Positions 17,107-26,916 of a stretch of 64,000 nucleotides of DNA are shown piece after piece. The stretch's first letter is position 1. Each line of letters starts with the position of its first letter. The notes under the pieces are model-generated. The model was not told where the DNA came from and did no database searches. It saw only the letters and a list, made by a program, of their open reading frames with translations. The position numbers and the translations under genes are program-made. The stretch covers positions 5,454-69,453 of the forward strand of contig JAZSBL010000040.1 in the NCBI GenBank assembly GCA_045602385.1, given 5' to 3'. Origin of the DNA: Eubacteriales bacterium. Lineage in GTDB: Bacteria; Bacillota; Clostridia; Oscillospirales; CAG-272.

Positions 17107-18639
17107 TCATCTGTTTCTTCTCCTGACGATCACCACAGTGCCGATCGTAGCAGTCGCGATCAAGGGAAGAGCCACCATGACCACGGTTATTATAGTAGCA
17201 TCGCGTGTTGTAAGACTTGAAATATCGGTCTGGCCCATAGGCTTTGATACAAGGGTCGATGGCGCATTGTCCTTACCCATATAGCGAATTATCTCGCCTA
17301 TCGCCCTGCTGTTTCCAAGTGAGGCCGACTGGAGCGCGTCACCGGATGCAAAATCAGTAGATGCCGATGCAATAAGATATGATTTTTCACCGTTTGCGCA
17401 GGCCTGCTCGGTCATAGACATGAGGATAAAGTCCTCATCAGATGCGCGCGATACGGCGCGACCGTCCGCCCAGGCTACCGCGGTGGAATTAGCCGAAAAG
17501 ATCGTGGAGAGCGTACGGTTCGTTTCCGCGGAAACAAAATTTCCATTCCCGTCCGCGACAAAGGCAGAGGATACCGACATATACGTCGTGTTTCCAAAGG
17601 CCGCAGGGGATTTGACCCCCTTTGCAAGCTCTGCCGCAGCTCCGCTCTGCGCGGGAGCCGCAACGACCGTGTATCCGTCACCGGTAAGCGAATTCGCGCT
17701 ATCCTTCACAAGATAGCATGCCTCTATCCCCTCGTCGGTCGTCTTGTGCATATAATTTACACCCCAAGAGGACAAAAAGCCCTCAAAATTCTCAAATCCA
17801 CCCGATGCAAAGGTGTCCGCGGACAAAAATACCATGTATTTTCCGCCGCTCGCCATGAACTTCTCAAGACGGGCAACCTCCGATACCTCGCTCGTCTCAC
17901 CGCTCACGGTAAGATCCTTCTTGGGGTTGAATGTCAAAAGGATCTCACAATCCTCAGGTATCTCGTCAGCATAGAGATCCAGCGTTCCGACAGTATATCC
18001 CGCCTGAGCCATAACTCTGACAAGCTCCTGATCGGCAAATTCCTCGCCGTGATTTACCGTAACGTAGCACATAGGAGTGTTTTTCTGCGTAACTCTCATA
18101 AGAGCCGACGCGATGAGTATCTCACCGTTGTACGCTACCGCAACACTCTCGTAATTTACAGTTTCATAGGCGTAAAAGTCTCTGAGATCTACCGTTTCGT
18201 GCTTGTCGCCGTATACGAAAACAACATCCATAACAGAATCCACGCCATAGTAATTTGCCAAGGTAGGCTTTTCAAATACGTCAATGTAATCTATTTCGAT
18301 CATATCGGTAAAAGTCTCCGCCACCTCAATAACAGAGTCGTAAACGTATTTGTACATCTCCTCGGAGCGTATATTTTCCTTTGTATCGCAAAAGATTATT
18401 TTTATTTTACCGCCGCGCTCCGACAGTTCGGGGGAAACGTATTTTTCAATGTATTTACGACAGGGATCGCTAAGCTCATACACCTGCGGCCGACCCATCT
18501 CGCCGTACATCCAATCGTACCGCAGGGACAGTACCGCCGCAATTACGTTCAGGATGACTAGAGATGCCACCACCAGAACGCAAAGCAAAAGCGAAAGCGT
18601 GCCGTATCTCAGGCGGCGCCTGCTTACATTCTTCCTCAT
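17107..18639 (-). CDS. GldG-like ABC-transporter auxiliary protein, paralog 1 (510 aa)
   Basis: N-terminal TM plus a C-terminal TM ending in VRRRNR. It shares blocks with the downstream paralog (…IIFC…, …NHGE…, …DEIPEDC…). Confidence 0.6.
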   Translation of the reverse strand: MRKNVSRRRLRYGTLSLLLCVLVVASLVILNVIAAVLSLRYDWMYGEMGRPQVYELSDPCRKYIEKYVSPELSERGGKIKIIFCDTKENIRSEEMYKYVYDSVIEVAETFTDMIEIDYIDVFEKPTLANYYGVDSVMDVVFVYGDKHETVDLRDFYAYETVNYESVAVAYNGEILIASALMRVTQKNTPMCYVTVNHGEEFADQELVRVMAQAGYTVGTLDLYADEIPEDCEILLTFNPKKDLTVSGETSEVSEVARLEKFMASGGKYMVFLSADTFASGGFENFEGFLSSWGVNYMHKTTDEGIEACYLVKDSANSLTGDGYTVVAAPAQSGAAAELAKGVKSPAAFGNTTYMSVSSAFVADGNGNFVSAETNRTLSTIFSANSTAVAWADGRAVSRASDEDFILMSMTEQACANGEKSYLIASASTDFASGDALQSASLGNSRAIGEIIRYMGKDNAPSTLVSKPMGQTDISSLTTRDATIITVVMVALPLIATATIGTVVIVRRRNR

Positions 18640-18651
18640 ATACCCCCCATA

Positions 18652-19398
18652 TCAGCTCCAACGGCGCTTTTCGTATACGCGCACCGTAAGAAAAACGAAA
18701 AGAAATACCAAGGATGCGAAATAAATAATTGCGCCCACATCGAATATTCCGTTAGCGAAATTGGAGAATCGCGAGGTTACGCTTATCCAGGAGAGGACCA
18801 ATCTTACAGCGTACACGTCGATAAGGGATGCAAAAAGACCGATCCCAACAAAGCCAACGATCACCGCAACGCTGATCACCGCCGCTGCAAGCTGGTTTTC
18901 GCAAAGCGAGGAAATGAACGTGCCTATCGCGATAAATACTGCTCCGATAAAGATCACACCTATAACGCAGCCCACGATCTCAGGTGTCACAGGCCCGATA
19001 TTTATCGAATCGTCACCGAGATTGGCCTTTTCTGTCGCCGCGATAGCGTAAAGAGGGATCAGATTCACAAGAGACACGCCGACGCAGCCGAGGAAAAGAG
19101 TTATAGCCGCCAGGAACTTACCCAGAACCATACCCGTAATTGTGACGGGAGCGGTCAGCAGAAGCTGCTCGGTGCGTATTTTCCTCTCTTCGGAAAAAAG
19201 TCTCATTGTCAGCAAGGGGATAAGCACCACAAGCGAGTAGACCAATACAGTAAAATACGAGCTTGTATCATAGCTTCCGGAAAGGATAGTCGTCATGCAG
19301 CATAAAAGTGCCGAAAAAACGAGAAATATCCCCACAAATATGTACCCTATCGGGTTTGTAAAATAGGAGCGCATCTCCTTTTTGTATATAGCGAACAT
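18652..19398 (-). CDS. ABC-2 type transporter permease (GldF-like)
   Basis: About 248 aa with six hydrophobic segments. ATG at 19398 (MFAIYKKEMRSYF…) follows AAAGGA, and an alternative start lies at 19416. Confidence 0.8.
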   Translation of the reverse strand: MFAIYKKEMRSYFTNPIGYIFVGIFLVFSALLCCMTTILSGSYDTSSYFTVLVYSLVVLIPLLTMRLFSEERKIRTEQLLLTAPVTITGMVLGKFLAAITLFLGCVGVSLVNLIPLYAIAATEKANLGDDSINIGPVTPEIVGCVIGVIFIGAVFIAIGTFISSLCENQLAAAVISVAVIVGFVGIGLFASLIDVYAVRLVLSWISVTSRFSNFANGIFDVGAIIYFASLVFLFVFLTVRVYEKRRWS

Positions 19399-19432
19399 CG
19401 TGTTATGTCCTTTCAATCAAAATTCAGGCGTA

Positions 19433-20518
19433 TCAGTCGTCAACAGAGGTCTTTGCATCCTCATCGCGCTTAAGCTCGGCATCCTTCACCATTTCACCTG
19501 CCAGCTCCTCTTCAAGCATGGTCTTTGTACGTGCCACGCGCTTTTTTGTGGTTCTCTCATAGCGGTGAGAAGTGGATTTTTCCTTTTCAGCCCTGTCAAC
19601 AACGCTTATAAATATGTCCTCAAGGCTCATTCCCACAGCCTCAAGTCCGATTATCGCAAAACCGTTTTGCGCCATAGTAAAGAAGAGCTTTTTGCGAATA
19701 TCCGCGCCCTGCTCGCTCTCTACCGTATAAATGTACGCATCGCCGTCGCGCTCGGTCTGCTGCTCAACGAAGCAGACACCGGGGATCGACTTTATCGCTC
19801 CAAGCACCTCCTTGCAGGGTCCGCATATCTTAACGCTCATTCTTCGGTTATTTTCGACGACTCTCGTTATATTTTCGGTTTTCTCGTCCGCGACGATCCT
19901 TCCCTTGTTGATAATAAGAATTCTGTCGCAAACCGCGGCGACCTCACCCAAAACGTGAGTAGAAAGAAGCACCGTGTGGTTTTTACCGAGAGTTCTTATA
20001 AGGGAACGGATCTCAATTATCTGCTTGGGGTCAAGTCCGACCGTAGGCTCATCAAAAATGATCACCGGTGGGTCACCGATAAGGGCCTGGGCAACACCGA
20101 CTCTCTGCTTATATCCCTTCGAGAGGTTACGAATAAGTCTTTTCCTCACGTCCGCGATCTTTACAACGTCGCAGACCTCCGCTATATGCGCCTCACGATC
20201 AAAGGTGCAGCCCTTGAGATCGTAGGTAAAGTTAAGGTATTCTTCAACCGTCATATCGGGATAAACGGGAGGCTGCTCAGGAAGATATCCGATAAGCTTT
20301 TTCACCCCTATGGGATCGGCCATCATGTCTATTCCGTCAATGGATACTCTGCCCGCAGTTGCCGACAAACAGCCGGTAAGGATATTCATCGTTGTGCTCT
20401 TGCCCGCACCGTTAGGACCAAGGAATCCCACAGTTTCGCCGCGACCGATCTCAACGCATATATCGTCAACCGCCGTGTTTGATCCGTAATTTTTCGTAAG
20501 ATGCTCTATTTTTATCAT
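19433..20518 (-). CDS. ABC transporter ATP-binding protein (GldA-like) with a charged C-terminal tail
   Basis: Walker A GPNGAGKST, signature LSKGYKQR, Walker B IIFDEPTVGLD, and a roughly 60-aa Lys/Glu-rich C-terminal extension. Confidence 0.9.
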   Translation of the reverse strand: MIKIEHLTKNYGSNTAVDDICVEIGRGETVGFLGPNGAGKSTTMNILTGCLSATAGRVSIDGIDMMADPIGVKKLIGYLPEQPPVYPDMTVEEYLNFTYDLKGCTFDREAHIAEVCDVVKIADVRKRLIRNLSKGYKQRVGVAQALIGDPPVIIFDEPTVGLDPKQIIEIRSLIRTLGKNHTVLLSTHVLGEVAAVCDRILIINKGRIVADEKTENITRVVENNRRMSVKICGPCKEVLGAIKSIPGVCFVEQQTERDGDAYIYTVESEQGADIRKKLFFTMAQNGFAIIGLEAVGMSLEDIFISVVDRAEKEKSTSHRYERTTKKRVARTKTMLEEELAGEMVKDAELKRDEDAKTSVDD

Positions 20519-20760
20519 TTCCCGACCTCTTAAATGAGATTTATTTGCTGTTCAGTGAATGTTGCTTGCCAAAATCGGCAAGATTCCGTTCCAATATCGG
20601 GACGAAAGCAAATTTTCACAAGTAATAGTCTACCACCAATTTGTAAACTGCCTATGAACATAAATATATAATATATACTCCATTTAGCGATTTTCACGTG
20701 ATTTTTCCGTGAACACATAAAAAATAGCTCCTCCCAATTGTTAGTGCCGCACCACAAGCA

Positions 20761-20776
20761 GGGCTATATATAGCCC
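20761..20776. repeat. Perfect 16-nt palindrome GGGCTATATATAGCCC flanked by TACG (reads CGTAGGG… on the minus strand)
   Basis: Seen directly. It has the same CGTAGGG-plus-hairpin format as the elements at 51134-51159 and 51226-51313. Confidence 0.6.
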
Positions 20777-20812
20777 TACGCCTTATTACATTATAATTTT
20801 CTCAGTCTCCTA

Positions 20813-20841
20813 TTGACTCTTGACAGCTTTTCTGCTAAAAT
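20813..20841 (+). promoter_or_regulatory. Sigma-A promoter of ahcY-mnmG-rsmG
   Basis: TTGACT-17 nt-TAAAAT, leaving a leader of about 35 nt. Confidence 0.6.
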
Positions 20842-20881
20842 AGTATTTGTAGAAGTATGCATTTTAAGAGAGGAAAACTAA

Positions 20882-22123
20882 ATGAGTAACATAACTAATC
20901 CCTCAATTTGGGAATCAGGAAGAGATAAGATCGAGTGGGTGCGCTCTTATATGCCCCTTCTCTCCTCCATTGAAGAGGAATTCAAGGCAAATCAGCCCTT
21001 CAAGGGAATGAAGATATCTATGTCGATTCACCTTGAGGCAAAGACAGCTAACCTTGCAAAGGTCCTACGCGCGGGTGGCGCAGAGGTAAGAGTTACAGGC
21101 TGTAATCCCCTTTCAACACAGGATGACGTCGCCGCAGCCCTTGTACATGAGGGATTTGAGGTAAATGCCCACCACGGAACAGACGAGGCAGGCTACACAA
21201 AGGACCTTATAAACACGATATCCTTCTGCCCGGACATTCTTATAGACGACGGTGGAGACCTTATGGCGCTTTTGCACGGAGAGTACCGTGAATACGGCAA
21301 AAACCTCATCGGCGGATGCGAGGAGACCACCACGGGTGTCCACAGACTAATGTCCCGTGAGGCGCAGGGCAAGCTCGACTACACCATGATCGACGTAAAC
21401 GACGCAAACTGCAAACATTTGTTCGACAACAGATACGGTACAGGACAGTCAACCCTTGACGGTATAATGAACTCAACAAACCTTATAATAGCAGGAAAAA
21501 CCTTTGTTGTCGCGGGCTACGGCTGGTGCGGTAAGGGCCTTGCCATGAGAGCCAAGGGTATGGGCGCAGTCGTTATCGTGACCGAGATCGATCCCATCAA
21601 GGCAATCGAAGCGGTTATGGACGGATTTACCGTAATGACCATGGACGAGGCAGCTCCCCTCGGAGATATATTCGTCACTCTCACAGGCTGTTCCGATGTA
21701 ATCACAAAGCGCCATATCGAGAAAATGAAGGACGGAGTCCTTCTTGCGAATAGCGGTCACTTCGACGTAGAGATCAACAAGGGCGATCTTGAAGCTCTTT
21801 CGACCCGTATTTTCGATCGCAAGCCCAATATAAAGGGCTACGAGATGAAGGACGGTCGTATTATCAACCTTCTTGCCGAGGGTAGACTTGTAAACCTCGC
21901 CGCAGGAAACGGACATCCCGCCGAAATCATGGACATGTCCTTTGCAATTCAGGCAAAATCCCTTGAATATCTTGCAAAAAACAAGGGCAAGCTCGAAAAG
22001 AAGCTCTATGCAGTTCCCGAGGAGATCGATAGTGCAGTCGCGCTTTTGAAGCTCAAAACTATGGGAATCAACATTGATACACTTACAGAAGAACAGAAAA
22101 TTTATCTTACAAAGGTAGACTAA
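20882..22123 (+). CDS. ahcY: Adenosylhomocysteinase
   Basis: 413 aa with an NAD-binding GYGWCGKG motif and conserved blocks (…DDGGD…, …EETTTGV…, …GHFDVEI…). Confidence 0.92.
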   Translation: MSNITNPSIWESGRDKIEWVRSYMPLLSSIEEEFKANQPFKGMKISMSIHLEAKTANLAKVLRAGGAEVRVTGCNPLSTQDDVAAALVHEGFEVNAHHGTDEAGYTKDLINTISFCPDILIDDGGDLMALLHGEYREYGKNLIGGCEETTTGVHRLMSREAQGKLDYTMIDVNDANCKHLFDNRYGTGQSTLDGIMNSTNLIIAGKTFVVAGYGWCGKGLAMRAKGMGAVVIVTEIDPIKAIEAVMDGFTVMTMDEAAPLGDIFVTLTGCSDVITKRHIEKMKDGVLLANSGHFDVEINKGDLEALSTRIFDRKPNIKGYEMKDGRIINLLAEGRLVNLAAGNGHPAEIMDMSFAIQAKSLEYLAKNKGKLEKKLYAVPEEIDSAVALLKLKTMGINIDTLTEEQKIYLTKVD

Positions 22124-24007
22124 ATGGAACTCAGAACGACTGTTGCGGTAATTGGCGCGGGACACGCGGGCATAGAGGCGGCTTTAGCCTCAGCAAGAAT
22201 GGGGCTTGACACCGTTCTTTTCACCATGTCCCTTGACAGTATCGCAAATATGCCCTGCAATCCCTCCATCGGTGGAACGGCAAAGGGACACCTCGTATAT
22301 GAAATAGATGCCTTGGGAGGCGAGATGGGCCGCGCTGCGGACAAGGTCACACTGCAGTCGAGAACCCTGAATCTCGGCAAGGGCGCGGCAGTACATTCAA
22401 AAAGGATCCAGGCAGACCGCAAAAAGTATCAGGCGATAATGAAATCGACGCTTGAAAGGACCGAAAATCTCCGTCTTATTCAGGCCGAGATAACCGAGAT
22501 AATCACCGAGGAAACGCCCGATAGTCCTTATGCCAAAAGGATAATCGGAGTTAAAACAAAGCTTGAGGAGATATGGTATTGCGAGGCCGCGATCATCTCT
22601 GCGGGAACCTTCCTGGACGGCAGAATATTCATCGGAAACGTCAATTACTCCGCAGGTCCCGACGGACTGCTCGGCGCAAACGGACTCACAAATTCACTTA
22701 TAGAAAACGGAATCAGTATCATGAGATTCAAGACGGGAACTCCCGCCAGAGTCAAAAGAAGCACCATCGATCTTTCTTGTCTCGAGGTGCAGGACGGAGA
22801 AGTCGACCTCATTCCGTTCTCCTGGTCAACCGACCCCGATAAATTCAAGGGCCTTGAGCAGATACCCTGCCATATAGTTTACACAAACGCAGAAACCCAC
22901 CGTATTATAAGGGAAAACATACATCGCTCGGCAATGTATTCGGGGCAGATACATGGCACAGGCCCTCGCTATTGCCCATCAATTGAAGACAAGCTCGTCC
23001 GCTTTGCAGAGAAGGAAAGGCATCAGCTTTTCGTGGAGCCGCTCGGAGAAAACACCGAGGAAATGTACATCCAAGGCTTTTCCACCTCTCTTCCGACCGA
23101 CGTGCAATATGATATGCTCCGTTCTCTCGACGGATTCAAAAACGCAGAGATAATGCGATATGCATATGCCATAGAATACGACTGCATTGACCCCACTCAG
23201 CTCTATCCAACCCTTGAATTCAAAGGTATTTCGGGGCTTTACGGCGCAGGGCAGTTCAACGGAACGTCAGGCTATGAGGAGGCAGCCGCGCAGGGACTTG
23301 TCGCCGGAATAAACGCATCTCTCAAGATAAAAGGCAAAGATCCAATGATCCTTGAGCGTTCAAGCAGCTATATCGGCACACTTATTGACGATCTTACAAC
23401 CAAGGGCACAAACGAGCCCTATCGCATGATGACCTCAAGATCGGAATATCGCCTGCTTTTACGACAAGATAATTCAGATACCCGCCTTACCCACATCGGA
23501 CGCGTCGTAGGACTTGTCAGCGACGAGCAATTCAGATGCTTTGAGGAGAAACAATCCCTTATAGCAAAAGAAAAAGACAGGCTGGAATCAACACGACTTT
23601 CAAAGGAATCCGCAACCGAATTTCTCGCAAAACACGGTAAAGAACCGGCAAAATCAGGCGTTTCGCTGGCGGATTTTCTCCGTCGTCCCGACTTTGATTA
23701 CGATACTATAGCAGAGATAGATACAAAACGGCCGGATCTCCCGCGTTCGGTAGTCCTCAGCGCCGCAACCGACATAAAATACGCAGGTTACGTCAAAAAA
23801 CAGCTCGCAGAGGTAAAAAAGCAAGAAAAGCTTGAAACAAAGCCCCTTTCTCCCGACATTGATTATCTTTCAATACGCGGACTTCGTATTGAGGCCGCGC
23901 AAAAGCTAAATAAAATCAAGCCATTGACTATCGGTCAGGCATCAAGAATCAGCGGAGTAAGCCCCGCAGATATATCGGTGTTACTGGTATATCTCGGCAT
24001 AAAATGA
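22124..24007 (+). CDS. mnmG: tRNA uridine-5-carboxymethylaminomethyl synthesis enzyme MnmG (GidA)
   Basis: 627 aa with FAD motif [12 protein letters not shown] and NPSIGG…KGHL. The start directly abuts the ahcY stop. Confidence 0.95.
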   Translation: MELRTTVAVIGAGHAGIEAALASARMGLDTVLFTMSLDSIANMPCNPSIGGTAKGHLVYEIDALGGEMGRAADKVTLQSRTLNLGKGAAVHSKRIQADRKKYQAIMKSTLERTENLRLIQAEITEIITEETPDSPYAKRIIGVKTKLEEIWYCEAAIISAGTFLDGRIFIGNVNYSAGPDGLLGANGLTNSLIENGISIMRFKTGTPARVKRSTIDLSCLEVQDGEVDLIPFSWSTDPDKFKGLEQIPCHIVYTNAETHRIIRENIHRSAMYSGQIHGTGPRYCPSIEDKLVRFAEKERHQLFVEPLGENTEEMYIQGFSTSLPTDVQYDMLRSLDGFKNAEIMRYAYAIEYDCIDPTQLYPTLEFKGISGLYGAGQFNGTSGYEEAAAQGLVAGINASLKIKGKDPMILERSSSYIGTLIDDLTTKGTNEPYRMMTSRSEYRLLLRQDNSDTRLTHIGRVVGLVSDEQFRCFEEKQSLIAKEKDRLESTRLSKESATEFLAKHGKEPAKSGVSLADFLRRPDFDYDTIAEIDTKRPDLPRSVVLSAATDIKYAGYVKKQLAEVKKQEKLETKPLSPDIDYLSIRGLRIEAAQKLNKIKPLTIGQASRISGVSPADISVLLVYLGIK

Positions 24008-24735
24008 TTATGGAATATAGAGAATACAAGGATTTACTATACAAAGCCTTCACCGAAAACAACATTGCAGACCTGCTGTGCGACGAAAGCGCAGAAAAGC
24101 TTTATAAGTTTTCAGAGATACTTATTGAAACAAACAGATCATTCAATCTGACAGCCATAACCGACGAAAAAGATGTCATTTTAAAGCATTTTGTGGACTG
24201 CGCGTCAATAATCAAGCAGATTCCACCCAATGCAACACTCGTAGACGTAGGGTGCGGGGCGGGATTTCCCTCCCTCCCGATCGCTATTTTACGTAGTGAC
24301 GTAAGGGCCACATCCCTTGACAGCACAACAAAAAAGATTGATTTCATTAACAAAATTGCGCAGAACCTATCCTTATACAACGTTACTGCAATAAGCACAC
24401 GAGCGGAGGATTTCGCCAAAACACACAGAGAAAGCTTTGACATAGTAACAAGCCGCGCGGTCGCGCGCCTCAACATCCTCGACGAGCTTTGCCTCCCCTT
24501 AGTTAAGGTTGGCGGCAAATTCATAGCAATGAAATCATCTCGCGGAGAAATCGAGCTGTCGGAAGCAATTACAGGTATAGAAAAGCTCGGAGGAAAGCTT
24601 GATAATGTTGAAAAGAAAACCCTTTCCTTTGACGGAGCGACAATAGAAAGAGAAACCTACGTATTCAAAAAAGTACGCCAAACCCCCTCCCAATACCCAC
24701 GTAACTATTCTCAAATAGCGAAAAAGCCTTTATAA
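24004..24735 (+). CDS. rsmG: 16S rRNA (guanine527-N7)-methyltransferase RsmG (GidB)
   Basis: 243 aa with SAM motif [14 protein letters not shown] overlap with mnmG. Confidence 0.9.
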   Translation: MIMEYREYKDLLYKAFTENNIADLLCDESAEKLYKFSEILIETNRSFNLTAITDEKDVILKHFVDCASIIKQIPPNATLVDVGCGAGFPSLPIAILRSDVRATSLDSTTKKIDFINKIAQNLSLYNVTAISTRAEDFAKTHRESFDIVTSRAVARLNILDELCLPLVKVGGKFIAMKSSRGEIELSEAITGIEKLGGKLDNVEKKTLSFDGATIERETYVFKKVRQTPSQYPRNYSQIAKKPL

Positions 24736-24750
24736 ACAATAGAAAATCAA

Positions 24751-24787
24751 CAAACATCCCTCGCGCAGAAACCGCGAGGGATGTTTG
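24751..24787 (+). terminator. Terminator after rsmG
   Basis: 15-bp stem CAAACATCCCTCGCG / CGCGAGGGATGTTTG followed by a T-rich tract. The 3' arm runs into parS-1. Confidence 0.65.
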
Positions 24788-24801
24788 TTTCACGTGAAAC
24801 A
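24786..24801. promoter_or_regulatory. parS: parS site 1 (perfect TGTTTCACGTGAAACA)
   Basis: Exact match to the Firmicute Spo0J/ParB binding consensus. Confidence 0.9.
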
Positions 24802-24827
24802 TTATCGCAAAATCACACCGCGCAGAG

Positions 24828-24843
24828 CGTTTCACGTGAAACA
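24828..24843. promoter_or_regulatory. parS: parS site 2 (CGTTTCACGTGAAACA, one mismatch)
   Basis: 15 of 16 positions match the consensus. Confidence 0.85.
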
Positions 24844-24872
24844 CTCTGCCACCAAATCGCACCGCCGTAGTA

Positions 24873-24888
24873 TGTTTCACGTGAAACA
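24873..24888. promoter_or_regulatory. parS: parS site 3 (perfect)
   Basis: TGTTTCACGTGAAACA. Confidence 0.9.
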
Positions 24889-24955
24889 TATCCCCACGCT
24901 CCCCCCAAAAAAAGATCGCGTCGGCCGCCCCGCAAAATGCCACATTAACTCACCT

Positions 24956-24971
24956 TGTTTCACGTGAAACA
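24956..24971. promoter_or_regulatory. parS: parS site 4 (perfect)
   Basis: TGTTTCACGTGAAACA. Confidence 0.9.
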
Positions 24972-25035
24972 CTCAAATTCTTGTCCTTTCGACCTATTTT
25001 GCAATGCAAAACAAAAAATAATTTCAGGAAAACTA

Positions 25036-25064
25036 TTGCAAATAACAAAAATATGTAGTATAAT
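25036..25064 (+). promoter_or_regulatory. Sigma-A promoter of parA-parB
   Basis: TTGCAA-17 nt-TATAAT, 40 nt upstream of the parA start. Confidence 0.65.
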
Positions 25065-25104
25065 TATCATACAAATCTATAATTTATGACAGGAGAAGTG
25101 AAAA

Positions 25105-25866
25105 TTGGGAAAGATTATCTCCTTTTCTAACCAAAAAGGCGGCGTCGGCAAAACAACTTCAGCCGTAAACGTAGCCGCATCCCTCGGCGTTCTTGGCCAC
25201 AAGGTACTTCTTGTAGACCTCGACCCCCAGGGAAATGCCACAAGTGGCGTTGGAATCAGTAAAAAATCACTCAAAAAATCCATTCACGACGTTCTTGTAG
25301 GCAAATGCTCCGCGAAGGAAGCCATTTTGACAACAGAATTCGAAAATTTAAGCATAATTCCCGCCCACATATCCCTTGCAGGTGCAGAATACAACCTCTA
25401 TCAGGGCAACGGCGCGGAAAGAGTTATGAAAAACGCGCTTGACACAATAAAGGACGAGTACGATTATATTATAATCGATTGCCCGCCCTCTCTCAGCATG
25501 CTCACGATCAATGCTATGGTGGCAAGCGACGGCATAATAATCCCCATGAAGTGTGAATTCTACTCACTCGAGGGATTGTCACAGCTCACGGTTACAATCA
25601 ACAGAATAAAAGCTAACTTCAACAGCTCGCTCAACATCACCGGCATTCTTATAACTATGCACAGCCCCCGCTTGCTCCTCTCGGTACAGGTTATGAACGA
25701 GATGAAGAAGCATTACGCGGACAAGCTCTTTAACACACAGATCTCTCGCGGCGTAAGAGTTTCCGAGGCTCCGGGCTTTGGAGTCCCGGTATATTATCAC
25801 GACAAGAGAAGCAAGGGCGCGCGTGAGTATCTTGAAGTCGCAAAAGAGATTGCGGAGAGGATCTGA
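25105..25866 (+). CDS. parA: Chromosome partitioning ATPase ParA/Soj
   Basis: Deviant Walker A NQKGGVGKTT. TTG start 8 nt after AGGAGA. 253 aa. Confidence 0.92.
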   Translation: MGKIISFSNQKGGVGKTTSAVNVAASLGVLGHKVLLVDLDPQGNATSGVGISKKSLKKSIHDVLVGKCSAKEAILTTEFENLSIIPAHISLAGAEYNLYQGNGAERVMKNALDTIKDEYDYIIIDCPPSLSMLTINAMVASDGIIIPMKCEFYSLEGLSQLTVTINRIKANFNSSLNITGILITMHSPRLLLSVQVMNEMKKHYADKLFNTQISRGVRVSEAPGFGVPVYYHDKRSKGAREYLEVAKEIAERI

Positions 25867-25960
25867 TCTCTCTGATTTCTTCATTTTATTAAATACGCAC
25901 ACGCGTAAAAATACAATTTAACGAATATTTATCGTCATTTGACGATTTTGGAGGTAAATA

Positions 25961-26854
25961 ATGATTGGAGCCGGACTTGGCAGGAATTATTTTTCAATTC
26001 TTGAAGACAACATGTTTGAGGCAAAAAAGGACTCCGTCACAACGATAAAGGTAAGTGACATCGAGCCCAGACGCGATCAGCCCAGAAAGCAGTTTGACGA
26101 CGAAAGCTTGCAGATGTTGGCTGATTCTATATCAATCCACGGCGTACTTCAGCCCATAATAGTACGCGAAAACAAAAATTTCCCTGATACATATGAAATA
26201 ATCGCAGGAGAAAGGCGTTGGAGAGCCGCCAAAATGGCAGGCGTATCCGAAATACCCGTCGTAATCGTTGACGGAGACGATCTCAAGATCGCGCAGATCG
26301 CGCTTGTAGAGAATGTTCAGAGAGAGGATCTCAACCCCGTTGAGGAAGCCTTTGCTTACCGGGACCTTATCGACAAGTTCAATCTTACACAGGAACAGCT
26401 TTCAAAAGAGGTTGGAAAATCACGTTCGGCAATAGCGAATATGCTTCGTTTGACAGGACTTCCGGAGGAAGTTTTGGAGCTTCTCCGTGACGAAAAGATC
26501 GCCGTCGGACACGCAAGAACCCTTTTGGCACTTGAAAAAGACGAGCACATGATACTCCTCGCAAACAGAATAGCCGAGGAGGACCTTTCCGTCAGACGTG
26601 TAGAGGATATAGTCAAAAAAATACTCACACAAAAGGACATTCAGGAGCTCGAGGTCAACCGCACCGAGGCGCTTCAGAGACGAGTTTATATAAGAGATCT
26701 CGAAAGAAGAGCCATGGACAGACTTGGCAGGCGAGTAAAGATCAATCAGACCGCAAAGAAAAAGACCGTAGAACTCACGTTCGATAACGACTCAGACCTC
26801 GAGGAGGTTCTCTGCCTGCTCTGCGGAGATAATTTCTTTAAAACGATAAAATAA
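25961..26854 (+). CDS. parB: Chromosome partitioning protein ParB/Spo0J
   Basis: ParB box IIAGERRWRAAKMAG, an HTH region and 297 aa. GGAGG RBS. Confidence 0.92.
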   Translation: MIGAGLGRNYFSILEDNMFEAKKDSVTTIKVSDIEPRRDQPRKQFDDESLQMLADSISIHGVLQPIIVRENKNFPDTYEIIAGERRWRAAKMAGVSEIPVVIVDGDDLKIAQIALVENVQREDLNPVEEAFAYRDLIDKFNLTQEQLSKEVGKSRSAIANMLRLTGLPEEVLELLRDEKIAVGHARTLLALEKDEHMILLANRIAEEDLSVRRVEDIVKKILTQKDIQELEVNRTEALQRRVYIRDLERRAMDRLGRRVKINQTAKKKTVELTFDNDSDLEEVLCLLCGDNFFKTIK

Positions 26855-26916
26855 TACGTATAAAACCCTTATGACATATACATAATTTAAGCTAAAACCC
26901 CTGAAAGGAAAAGACA

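Noticed and set aside
20686-20705. A fifth parS-like site (TTTTCACGTGATTTT) in the ABC operon leader
   Set aside because: Only the central TCACGTGA core matches, and 6 of 16 positions differ from the consensus.
20530-20757. 75-aa minus-strand ORF in the ABC operon upstream region
   Set aside because: No RBS, Cys/Trp/Phe-rich odd composition, and it lies in an AT-rich regulatory spacer.
20842-20881. SAH riboswitch upstream of ahcY
   Set aside because: The predicted promoter leaves only about a 35-nt leader, and no pseudoknot-forming GC-rich element is present.
20519-20881. oriC / DnaA-box cluster at the divergent strand switches (also 44088-44224 and 45677-45874)
   Set aside because: Reading by eye, I found no TTATCCACA-like boxes, single or clustered, on either strand. 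dnaA is not in the window.
24665-24967. ORFs of 92 aa (minus) and 60 aa (plus) containing repeated MFHVKH peptides
   Set aside because: The repeats are simply the palindromic parS sequence translated. There is no RBS, and the region is the rsmG-parA intergenic spacer.
26855-26916. T-box leaders upstream of serS (and of lysK at 31852-31893)
   Set aside because: The leaders are only about 35-60 nt, far too short for a roughly 200-nt T-box, and no specifier or antiterminator features are present.
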